DNA from: Xanthomonas campestris pv. campestris str. ATCC 33913
GTDB taxonomy: Bacteria; Pseudomonadota; Gammaproteobacteria; Xanthomonadales; Xanthomonadaceae
Direction of reading: 5' to 3'
Length of the DNA stretch: 32,000 nt
Assembly (NCBI RefSeq): GCF_000007145.1
Contig: NC_003902.1
Location: forward strand, 4,676,497-4,708,496
Shown: piece by piece, positions 7,076 through 18,842 of the stretch
Numbering within the stretch: position 1 is the first letter of the stretch
Layout: each line of letters begins with the position of its first letter
Notes under the pieces: model-generated
What the model was told of the DNA's origin: nothing
What the model saw: only the letters and a program-made list of their open reading frames with translations
Database searches by the model: none
Program-made: the position numbers and the translations under genes

Positions 7076-9595
7076 TCAATACACGTCGCGTCGATACCGG
7101 CCGGCGGCAGTGAGTAACTCCAGCCGCGTCTCGCCCAGGATCTCGCGCAGGGCCGCATCCACCTCACGCGCCATGCTGTCCAGGCTGCCGCACACATAAA
7201 TGACGGCGCCGCGGTCGATCCAGTGCCGCAGCGCCTCGCCGCGCTCGCGCAGACGGTGCTGCACATAGCGCTTGTCGGCCTGGTCGCGCGAGAACACCCA
7301 ATCCAGTTCCTGCAGGTGTCCGGCGGCCTGCCAGGCCTGCAATTCATCGCCGAACAAGCGGTCGTGCGCGCGATGGCGTTCGCCGAACAGCAGCCAGTGG
7401 CCGTGCACGCCCGCCAGCTCGGCGTCGCGCAACAACGCGCGTAATCCGGCAATGCCGGTGCCATTGCCGATCAGCACCAGCGGCGCACCGTCCACACGGT
7501 GGAAGCCGGGATTGGTGCGCAGGCGTGCGCGCACCGGTGCGCCCAGCGGCGCATGGCAGACCAGCCAGCCAGAGCCCAGGCCCGGGCTGCCATCGGCGCG
7601 CGTGGTCAGCCGCACCACCACCTGCGCGCTGCCATCGGCGGGCACGCTGGCGATGGAATAGTCACGCGTCGGCAGCCACGCGCAGCCATCGAGCCAGGCC
7701 TGCGCCACCGTGCCGGGCACCGGCGGCTGCGCAGGCGGCTCGGGCAGCACGCGTTCGGCGGCGGCCTGGTGCAGCGGCAGCAATTGCGCGTCCACATGCA
7801 CCAGCGCATCGGCCGCCAAGCCCCAAGCTTGCAGGCAGGCGCGCACGGCGGCGTCGGCATGCGCAGGTTGCACTTCCAGGATGTCGCCGGCCAACCACTG
7901 CGCCCCTGCCGGCGGTTGCAGGTCCACCTGCCAGATCGGTGCGCCCACGCTGCCTGGATTGAGCTGGGTCCGCGACCGCACCGGCCAGTCCATCAGCGCC
8001 GGGCGTGCCAGCGGCACGGCCGCCAGCGGCGCGCCGCTGACCTGCGCCAGCTGCGCGTGCCATTGCGCCAGGGCCTGCGGATCGGTCTGGTCCATTTCCA
8101 CCGCCGGGAACAGCGCACGTGCGCCCTGCGCCTCCAGCCACTGTTCGATACGCCGCGAAAACCCGCAAAACCGCGCGTACTGCCGGTCGCCCAATGCCAG
8201 CACTGCGTAGGCCAGCTGTGGCAATGCCAGTGTCTGCCGCAGCATCTCGCGCTCGAATCCGCGCGCCGCATCCGGCGGCTCGCCGTCACCGAAGGTGCTG
8301 ATGACAAACAGCGCATGCCGCGACTGCTGCAGTTGCGCCGCATCCAGTTGTGCCAGCGAGCGCACCTGCACCGGTACCCCGGCCGATTGCAGATGGCCGG
8401 CCGCCTGCCAGGCCAGCCGCTCGGCAAATCCGCTTTGACTGGCAAACCCGATCAGCCACGGCGCGGCCTGCGAGGCGGGCGGCGCGCTCTGCAGCACCTC
8501 GCGCGCTGCGCGCAGCTCGCGCTTCTTGCGCCGGCGATCCAGATACAGCATCCAGCCGGTCACGAAGAACACCGACATGCCCGCACTGGCCAGCAGCACC
8601 ACGATGCGCCCAGGCAGGCCGAAGAAACTGCCCGAATGCAGCGGGAACATGCTCACCAACAGTTGCTGGCCAAGCGGCAGGCGGGCGTAGTCCTGGCGCC
8701 GCAACAGCACGCCGCTGTGCGCATCCAGCTCCAGGTTGTCGTAGGCGCGATCATGCGCAGGCGCATCCGGCAGGAAACGCACGCTCAGCGGCTGACCGGC
8801 GCGGGTGGGAATGCGCAGATCCATCGCCGCGCTGCGGGTTCCCGCGATCCCGTCGAGGGTGCGCTGCACACGAGCGAAATCCACCGGGGGCGGCCGGTGC
8901 CCGCGTCCATCGCCGCGCATCGCCGGCTCAGTACCCAGCAGCGCCACCATGCCGTCGCGGTACCAGGTGTAAGACCAGGTCAGCCCGGTCAAGGCAATCA
9001 GCAGATACACCAGCAGGCACCAGGTGCCGAACACCGCATGCAGGCTCCACAGAAAACTGCGCCCCTGCCGCCGCCATTCCACCGCCCACCAGGTCCGCAG
9101 GCTCCACCAGCGACGCGGCCAGCGCAGATACAGGCCCGAGGCGCAGAAGAACAGCAGGACCAGCGTACTGGCGCCGGTAATGGCCTGGCCGCGCTCGCCG
9201 GCGGTGAGATGCCGGTGCAGGTCTTCGATAAAGGCGAATGCCCCGCTCAGCCGTGGCGCGCCCACGCGCGCGCCGGTGTAGGGATCGAAATACACACGGC
9301 CGCCGGGCTTGCCGGCCAGACGCACCGTGGACGGGCGCCCACCGGTCGGGTCGATCAGCATGCGGGTGATGCCCTGCCCCGGCGCCAGGTCGAGCCGGCG
9401 CACCAGCGCATCCACGGGCAGTGGCGCCTGCCCGGCGGCATGCCGCTCGGCCAGCTGCGCGATGGCCGGGTTGGCCAGGCGCACGATCCCGTTCTCGAAG
9501 GACATCAGCGCGCCGGTCAGTCCCATGACGGAAAGCACCAGCCCGGCAGTGATGCCCAGCAACCAGTGCAGTTGGAACACAACCGTCTTGAACAC
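7076..9595 (-). CDS. Fusion protein: N-terminal PepSY-associated TM domain (PiuB/FoxB-like) plus C-terminal CysJ-like diflavin (FMN + FAD/NADPH) reductase
   Basis: 839 aa. The N-terminal ~365 aa are multi-TM with conserved His (QLHWLLG, DLHRHL, SLHAVFG, PLHSGSFFG). The flavodoxin part has IGFASQSGFAERLA and VISTFGDGEPPDAA. The FAD motif is RDYSIASVP and the NADPH motif is LIGNGTGIAGLRA. The C-terminal RYRRDVY matches sulfite reductase alpha/CPR-type proteins. Confidence 0.85.
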   Translation of the reverse strand: MFKTVVFQLHWLLGITAGLVLSVMGLTGALMSFENGIVRLANPAIAQLAERHAAGQAPLPVDALVRRLDLAPGQGITRMLIDPTGGRPSTVRLAGKPGGRVYFDPYTGARVGAPRLSGAFAFIEDLHRHLTAGERGQAITGASTLVLLFFCASGLYLRWPRRWWSLRTWWAVEWRRQGRSFLWSLHAVFGTWCLLVYLLIALTGLTWSYTWYRDGMVALLGTEPAMRGDGRGHRPPPVDFARVQRTLDGIAGTRSAAMDLRIPTRAGQPLSVRFLPDAPAHDRAYDNLELDAHSGVLLRRQDYARLPLGQQLLVSMFPLHSGSFFGLPGRIVVLLASAGMSVFFVTGWMLYLDRRRKKRELRAAREVLQSAPPASQAAPWLIGFASQSGFAERLAWQAAGHLQSAGVPVQVRSLAQLDAAQLQQSRHALFVISTFGDGEPPDAARGFEREMLRQTLALPQLAYAVLALGDRQYARFCGFSRRIEQWLEAQGARALFPAVEMDQTDPQALAQWHAQLAQVSGAPLAAVPLARPALMDWPVRSRTQLNPGSVGAPIWQVDLQPPAGAQWLAGDILEVQPAHADAAVRACLQAWGLAADALVHVDAQLLPLHQAAAERVLPEPPAQPPVPGTVAQAWLDGCAWLPTRDYSIASVPADGSAQVVVRLTTRADGSPGLGSGWLVCHAPLGAPVRARLRTNPGFHRVDGAPLVLIGNGTGIAGLRALLRDAELAGVHGHWLLFGERHRAHDRLFGDELQAWQAAGHLQELDWVFSRDQADKRYVQHRLRERGEALRHWIDRGAVIYVCGSLDSMAREVDAALREILGETRLELLTAAGRYRRDVY

Positions 9596-9700
9596 GCGCG
9601 AGCAGCCTGAAGCAGATGGCTTGCCATTGTAGATGAGAATCGTTATCGCAGTTGCGCAGGCGCGGGAGCGCCGCGCACCGCATTCAACCGCTCACCACAT

Positions 9701-9724
9701 AAAAAAAGGCGCCCGCAGGCGCCT
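9701..9724 (-). terminator. Rho-independent terminator downstream of hemB
   Basis: On the minus strand this reads AGGCGCC-TGCG-GGCGCCT followed by T7. The plus strand shows aaaaaaaGGCGCCcgcaGGCGCCt. It sits 23 nt after the hemB stop. Confidence 0.8.
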
Positions 9725-9746
9725 GTTCGTGCACTTAGGGCTGCGC

Positions 9747-10748
<1,002 letters not shown>

Positions 10749-10823
10749 TCAGCAGTCGGTAAGTTTACGCCCGCCATCTGTCGCTGGACGTGCTGCGACG
10801 CTGTGTCGCAGCACTGCAACGGG

Positions 10824-11072
10824 TCAGATCACCCCACCGCCCAAGCCCAGGCGGATCACCCCGACCACGATCACCACGGCATTGAGCAGCAAGCCGGTCT
10901 TGGCACGCCCGCGGTTGCCGACCGAGGTAAACAGCAGCGCGATCGCCGCGATCAGCGCACCAAAGGCCGCAAACGGAATCAGGAACCAGTTGCCCCAACC
11001 CAACAAGGGGATAAAGGCCAGAACCATCCACAGCAGCGCCACAATGCCCCACAGCAGGCTGATCAATCCCAC
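10824..11072 (-). CDS. Small integral membrane protein (82 aa), function unknown
   Basis: Almost entirely hydrophobic with three helices (LISLLWGIVALLWMVLAFIPLLGW...). Good GC3 bias for this frame. Confidence 0.55.
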   Translation of the reverse strand: MGLISLLWGIVALLWMVLAFIPLLGWGNWFLIPFAAFGALIAAIALLFTSVGNRGRAKTGLLLNAVVIVVGVIRLGLGGGVI

Positions 11073-11268
11073 GTGTCACCTCGCCATTCATAGAAGGCCT
11101 GAGCTTAGCGCCGCGTTCGCCAAGACGCAGTGGGCAGGTGGTCACCCTGACCAATGGCGGCTTGGCAGCAGCCTCACATGGGCATGGCTAGGGTGCGGCA
11201 AAGTCCGGCGCGATTCAGTGCGGGCGCCGGATCATCGCAGTCACTGTCGTTCAACAGGGGGCTTCACC

Positions 11269-11721
11269 ATGAACAAGCATGTCGTCATCGCCGCTGGGCT
11301 CGCCATGCTCCTGGCCGGCTGCGCCAGCAGCTCCAAGGTCATGCTGGGTCAGGCGCGTGCACCGATAGACCCGGCGCAGGTCCAGGTGTATTCCAACGCC
11401 CCGGTCGGCTCGGTGGAGATCGCCCAGCTCGAATCCACCAGCGCAGCCGGCTTCGGCACCCAGGGCCAGACCGATGCCGCCGTCATGCGGCTCAAGCGCG
11501 AAGCCGCCAAGCTCGGCGCCAACGGCGTGATCATCGTCGGCGTAGGCTCCGAACGCTCCGGCGGCGGCTTGTCGGTGGGCGGCGGCAGCTACGGCGGACG
11601 CGTCGGTGGTGGCCTGGGGATCGGGATCCCGACTACGCAGAAACGCGCGGCTGGTATGGCGATCTGGGTGCCTGCGGGGACAGGCGATGAGGCGCGACCG
11701 GAGCGGCGGCCAGAGCACTGA
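11269..11721 (+). CDS. Lipoprotein with a Gly-rich C-terminal region, function unknown
   Basis: ORF 10738..11721 trimmed to MNKHVVIAAGLAMLLAGCASS (ATG 11269), which carries the lipobox LLAGC. The longer form has a non-protein-like N-terminus. Confidence 0.65.
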   Translation: MNKHVVIAAGLAMLLAGCASSSKVMLGQARAPIDPAQVQVYSNAPVGSVEIAQLESTSAAGFGTQGQTDAAVMRLKREAAKLGANGVIIVGVGSERSGGGLSVGGGSYGGRVGGGLGIGIPTTQKRAAGMAIWVPAGTGDEARPERRPEH

Positions 11722-11972
11722 ATCTCTGGCTGCTCGCGGTGCTTTTAAATCAAGGAAATGGCCAGAGTTAGCTAGACGCTGGTCATTTTTAATCGGTTTG
11801 TGGCCGACCGCAGACGGTGCGCCAGCCCCTGGTGAAACCCCAAACCGGATGCAGTATCCTCCGCCGACGGACAGGTTGAGCCGGCCAGGCGATGGTTTTG
11901 CTAGCGACTTGCAAGACATCACTAGCTTTTGGCAGAGCGCAACCCTTGATCTCAATCACCTAAGGAATAGCC

Positions 11973-12326
11973 ATGAAAAGCTTGATAGGGATGTTGATGT
12001 TGGCGGGATGCTTCGCTGGACAGGCAGCAGCGCAGACCAAGGGTGTCACGCTGGTATGCCGCATGGATGATCCTTTCCTTTTCTGCTCAGACGGCTGTGC
12101 GGACCCGGACCACCATTGGGCACCGCTGGATCCCATCCAGGCCACGATAAAACCTGTTGTGCCCTATTGCCCGTTTCCGACAACTGCGGATACGAATTAC
12201 TGCAAGGGTTGGTCACAACGTGCGTTTACGGCTTATTTCCAGTACGTCAATGTCTGCCCGAAGGCAAACAAGACGGGCGAGTGGAAGGGCAAAAAGCCTG
12301 CGGACATGGTGCCGTTCAAGCATTGA
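11973..12326 (+). CDS. Small exported Cys-rich protein (117 aa), orphan, with atypical codon usage
   Basis: A strong Shine-Dalgarno (ctAAGGAAtagccATG). The signal peptide is MKSLIGMLMLAGCFAGQAAAQ, with a possible LAGC lipobox or AAA-Q cleavage site. There are six further Cys. It uses many A/T-ending codons (AAA, ATA, TTG, GGA, GAT, CCT, TCA), unlike its neighbours. Confidence 0.6.
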   Translation: MKSLIGMLMLAGCFAGQAAAQTKGVTLVCRMDDPFLFCSDGCADPDHHWAPLDPIQATIKPVVPYCPFPTTADTNYCKGWSQRAFTAYFQYVNVCPKANKTGEWKGKKPADMVPFKH

Positions 12327-12522
12327 ATCCAGCCCAGGCGGTATGGAGCGGAAACTTCGCCTCGCTAGTCCAGGGACGGCCTCTTACTAAGATGCGCTAA
12401 CGGGCATCTGCACATGCGCATCTCTTTCAACGGCTGTCGGTTTTTTGCAGTGCTCAGGCACCGAAGCAGTTGATATTCCTGGCTAGCTTGAAGAGCGCAC
12501 CAGGATATCGAGCAACAGAAAA

Positions 12523-14349
12523 TCAGGGCTTGCTGAATTCTGTAGCGGCCCTGCCTCTATTGGCGTGCGCTGGAATGAACTGCTTTTCCACCGCCTGGGC
12601 CAGCTGGTCTGGCGGCAGCAGGCCCTGGTCGAGCAGGAAGTTGTTGAAGGCCAGGCGGTCGAACTTCTTGCCCAGGGCCAGTTCGGTGCGCATGCGCAGT
12701 TCCAGGATGCGGGTGTAACCGTAGAAATAACTGCCAGCCTGGCCGGGGGCGCGAACGGTGTAGCGGTCCAGTTCCTGGCGGGTCATGGCGGTCGACAGGC
12801 CGACGTCGTCTTCGAGCACCTGGCGGGCGCGTTCGCGGTCGATCAGGCCCAGGTTGAGCATTGGGTCGAGCATGGCGCGGGCGGCGCGCAGCAGGCGGAA
12901 CTGCAAAGCGATTAGCTGCCCGTCGAGCGGTTCGTACGGCACCATCTCGGCTTCGGCATATAGCGCCCAGCCTTCGACATTGACGGAGTTAAAGGCGAAC
13001 ATGCTGCGCGCCAGCGACACGCCGCGCTCCACCATCGCAGTGAACTGCAGTTCGTGCCCCGGGCGGCCTTCGTGGGCGCTGAGCGTCCAGGCGGCCGAGC
13101 CGAAGTTGAAGTCGTCGTACTGTTCCTTCTTGCCACCCTCCGCGCTGGGGTTGCCCAGCGGCAGCACGAACTGGCCCTGCTGGCCGGTGTTGCCGATCAG
13201 CGGTGCGGGCAGGAAGTGCGGCGCCGGCTGCGCGGCGCTTTCGGCAGCACTGCCCAGGCGCATCTGCATCGGCCGCTTGGGCACATCGACGATGCGCTGC
13301 TGGCGGATGATCGGGTCGATCTGGTCGATCACGCCGCGGTAGTGGGTTTCCAGCTGGTCATCGGCAATGGTGTTGCGCTTGAGCGCGCGGATCACCTGAA
13401 CGTAGTCCTCACCCTGCACACCTTTGGCCTTGGCCACCAGCGGCGCGAGCTGGCGCATCGCCGAGCGGGTTTCCATGAACTCCAGCTGCGCGCGCTGGAT
13501 CAGCTGCTGCGGCGCGATGTCGATACCCACCTGCTTGAGCTGGTAGGCATACAGCGGCTCGGGCAGGCGGGTGTCCTTGCGCGCCTTCGGCAGCACGGTG
13601 CTGCGGGTCCAGCTGGCGTAGTCCTTGAGCTGGGTGGACATGGCCTTGAGCGCCTCGTCGGCGCCGGCGATCTTGTACTTGGCAAACAACTCGCCGATGC
13701 CGGCCACATAGGTGTCCACGTTCGCCAAGGCCTGCTCGACCTCGCGCTCGGTCGGCTGCAGCAAGGTCTTGTTGCCCAGCTGCTCCTCGTAGCGCTGGCG
13801 CGCCAGGGTGGTGGTCGGAGTGGTGCCCGGGACCAAGCCCACGTAGCGCTTGAGACGGTCCAGCGCCTTGGCGCGGCGATCCGGCGCGGTCTGGTCGGAC
13901 AACAACCCGTTGAGGCCACTGAAGACCAGCTGCGGCGCATCGTTCCATGGCAGCAGGTAGCGCTCGTTGAGCTCGCTGCCTTCGATGTTGTCGGTGGCCG
14001 CACCGATCATGATCTGCAGGTCCTGGCGCACGTTGGGATCGCGCTCGCTGGCCAGCTTGGCCTGCAGCGCGGTGCGCGCGGTGGCCATCGCCTCGCGGTA
14101 GCGCTTTGCGTTGTTCGGACCCAGATCGACCACCTGATCGTCGTAGCCGGGCACGCCGAAGAAACTGGCGTATTCCGGCTGGAACGGTGCCTGGGCGCTC
14201 AGCAGGAGTTGCGCGTAGCCGTTGCTGGTCTTGACCCATGCCGGAGTGGCGGGTGCGCTGGTGGTGCCGGTGGTGGCAGGACTGTTTTGCGCGTGCAGTG
14301 GCAGGGAGGCGCCGAGCGCCAGGGCGACAGCAATCACGAGAGGCTTCAT
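12523..14349 (-). CDS. DUF885-family exported protein (putative metallopeptidase-like)
   Basis: ORF 12523..14421 trimmed to MKPLVIAVALALGASLPLHAQ (CAT 14347-14349), which is a signal peptide. It carries the family-typical SAHEGRPGHELQ motif and has a length typical of DUF885. Confidence 0.8.
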   Translation of the reverse strand: MKPLVIAVALALGASLPLHAQNSPATTGTTSAPATPAWVKTSNGYAQLLLSAQAPFQPEYASFFGVPGYDDQVVDLGPNNAKRYREAMATARTALQAKLASERDPNVRQDLQIMIGAATDNIEGSELNERYLLPWNDAPQLVFSGLNGLLSDQTAPDRRAKALDRLKRYVGLVPGTTPTTTLARQRYEEQLGNKTLLQPTEREVEQALANVDTYVAGIGELFAKYKIAGADEALKAMSTQLKDYASWTRSTVLPKARKDTRLPEPLYAYQLKQVGIDIAPQQLIQRAQLEFMETRSAMRQLAPLVAKAKGVQGEDYVQVIRALKRNTIADDQLETHYRGVIDQIDPIIRQQRIVDVPKRPMQMRLGSAAESAAQPAPHFLPAPLIGNTGQQGQFVLPLGNPSAEGGKKEQYDDFNFGSAAWTLSAHEGRPGHELQFTAMVERGVSLARSMFAFNSVNVEGWALYAEAEMVPYEPLDGQLIALQFRLLRAARAMLDPMLNLGLIDRERARQVLEDDVGLSTAMTRQELDRYTVRAPGQAGSYFYGYTRILELRMRTELALGKKFDRLAFNNFLLDQGLLPPDQLAQAVEKQFIPAHANRGRAATEFSKP

Positions 14350-14551
14350 CGGGCGGATTTCCAACAGGAGATGCGCGACCGTACGCGGCACACGCGGCGC
14401 CGGCAACCTGCCGGAGGTCACGGCCGGCGAACTCGGATCAGGCGGCGGCCGCGGCCGTGGGGTGAGATGCAGTGCGCCGTCACAACGTGCAGCGTCGCTA
14501 CCAAAATGTGAACCGCTACGGCTAGGTGCGTCGCTGAGCGCCTAGCGCGCG

Positions 14552-15097
14552 TTACCGATGTTGTTCTTTTCCTGGCGCGACAGTGTCGGTCGTTTCAATA
14601 TCCGGATCAGTCCCGGCATCGGTCGCGCGTGGCCGGCCGGCGGCAGCCGTGACGGCGTCCAGCAATGCGATCGTGTCGCCGACGTCCGGAACCACCTGCA
14701 CGCTGGTGTAGTGCCATTGCCCGGCATGGCGCTCGGCTTCGATATACAGGGTGCCGTTGCCACGTGCTCCGTGCAGCGACACGCTGAGGGTGGCGTGTCC
14801 GCCACCACCGCTGGTCGCGATGTTGCCGCTGGGGAGGAAGCCGTCTTCGATCGGCGCACCGAGTACGGTGGCAACGCGCGGATCGTGTTGCGCCGTCAAC
14901 ACGCCGACACGGTAGGGTTCGGTCGATTTCATGACGCGCGCGATGCCTGCCACGAGCGCGCCGATGGAGACGGCCAGGACCACGATCAACAGCAGCGCCA
15001 GCAGCGGCACCGCCCATTTCCAATGCCGTGACCACCAGCCGCGCCTCGCCGGTGGCGACGGTGTTGCGGAATGCGGCAGCGATGGGGGCATGGACAT
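14552..15097 (-). CDS. Coa1-like (cytochrome oxidase assembly factor 1 family) single-pass membrane protein
   Basis: 181 aa with an AGGAG Shine-Dalgarno 8 nt upstream. The pattern is W..HWKW + TM helix + EPY....L..HP.V...LG.PIE.G....G......GGG.A.L...L.G..G.G.LY..A....G.W. I recall this pattern for bacterial Coa1-family proteins; it is not verified by search. Confidence 0.55.
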   Translation of the reverse strand: MSMPPSLPHSATPSPPARRGWWSRHWKWAVPLLALLLIVVLAVSIGALVAGIARVMKSTEPYRVGVLTAQHDPRVATVLGAPIEDGFLPSGNIATSGGGGHATLSVSLHGARGNGTLYIEAERHAGQWHYTSVQVVPDVGDTIALLDAVTAAAGRPRATDAGTDPDIETTDTVAPGKEQHR

Positions 15098-15138
15098 GCG
15101 CAGAGCTCCTTATCGACGGCGAACGTGGGGCGGCGTGC

Positions 15139-17901
<2,763 letters not shown>

Positions 17902-18591
17902 TCAGCGCTTGCCGAACAGGTGCTTGCGCTCTTCCTCGCTCAGCGGCTTGCCGGCATCCGGGTTGACCTTGTCCTTCAACGCGTACGCGCGCTGGGCGGC
18001 CGGGCGTGCGGCGATGGCGTCGTGCCAGCGCTTCACATGAGGGAACGCGGCATAGTCCGGCTTGAGGTCGCCATACACTTCGATCCACGGGTAGCTGGCC
18101 ATGTCGGCGATGCCGTATTCCGGGCCGGCCAGGAACGCGTGCTCGGCCAGGCGCTTGTCGAGCACGCCATGCAGCCGGCGCACCTCGGCGTTGTAGCGTT
18201 CGATCGCGTAGGGAATCTTTTCCGGCGCATAGACAGTGAAGTGGCCCATCTGGCCGCTCATCGGGCCCAGCCCGCCCATCTGCCAGAACAGCCATTCCAG
18301 CGCCGCGATGCGGCCGCGTGCGTCGCGCGGCAGAAAGCGCCCGGTCTTCTCGGCCAGGTACAGCAGGATCGCGCCGGACTCGAACACGCTCAGCGGCGCG
18401 CCACCGCCGGCCGGTGCGTGGTCCACGATGGCCGGCATCTTGTTGTTGGGCGAAATCTGCAGGAAGGCCGGCTCGAACTGGGCGCCCTTGCCGATATTGA
18501 CCGGCTTGAGCGTGTACGCCAGCCCGGCCTCTTCCAGAAACAAGGTGACCTTGTGGCCATTGGGGGTGGGCCAGTAGTACAGGTCGATCAT
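17902..18591 (-). CDS. yfcG: Nu-class glutathione S-transferase / disulfide-bond oxidoreductase, YfcG-like
   Basis: ORF 17902..18672 trimmed to MIDLYYWPTPNGHKVTLFLEEAGL (CAT 18589-18591). From memory it is near-colinear with E. coli YfcG (MIDLYFAPTPNGHKITLFLEEA..., ISPNNKIPAIVDH, FESGAILLYLAEKTG, WLFWQ.GGLGPM, IPYAIERY). Confidence 0.88.
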   Translation of the reverse strand: MIDLYYWPTPNGHKVTLFLEEAGLAYTLKPVNIGKGAQFEPAFLQISPNNKMPAIVDHAPAGGGAPLSVFESGAILLYLAEKTGRFLPRDARGRIAALEWLFWQMGGLGPMSGQMGHFTVYAPEKIPYAIERYNAEVRRLHGVLDKRLAEHAFLAGPEYGIADMASYPWIEVYGDLKPDYAAFPHVKRWHDAIAARPAAQRAYALKDKVNPDAGKPLSEEERKHLFGKR

Positions 18592-18842
18592 CAGATGCTC
18601 CAGTTCGGAAGGAAGATGCACGCAGCGGCGCGCCGGCAACGTCCGATGGTACGGCCAAGCGTAGCCAGGCAACGGTGATCAATGCCGCGCAGGCTGGAAC
18701 GATGTGTGACGCGATTGGCTCGCGGCCGATGCTGCAGTGCAAGTTGACTTGTTAAGAGCCGCGCTAACAAATGCACGACTGCTTAATTAACCTTGCCTGT
18801 CCAGCTCGGACCGGCGTTTTGTTCATTTGGGGAAGAAACACC

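Noticed and set aside
7499-9610. 703-aa + strand ORF, plus several nested ORFs at 7525-9180
   Set aside because: They are antisense or out of frame relative to the PepSY-TM/diflavin reductase gene, whose cofactor motifs are unambiguous.
13054-14511. 485-aa + strand ORF
   Set aside because: It is antisense to the DUF885 gene and has a low-complexity translation.
18592-18842. Fur box or iron regulation of the TBDR
   Set aside because: There is no GATAATGATAATCATTATC-like AT-rich palindrome. Only a possible sigma70 promoter (TTGACT...TAACAA) and a TTAATTAA palindrome of unclear meaning are visible.
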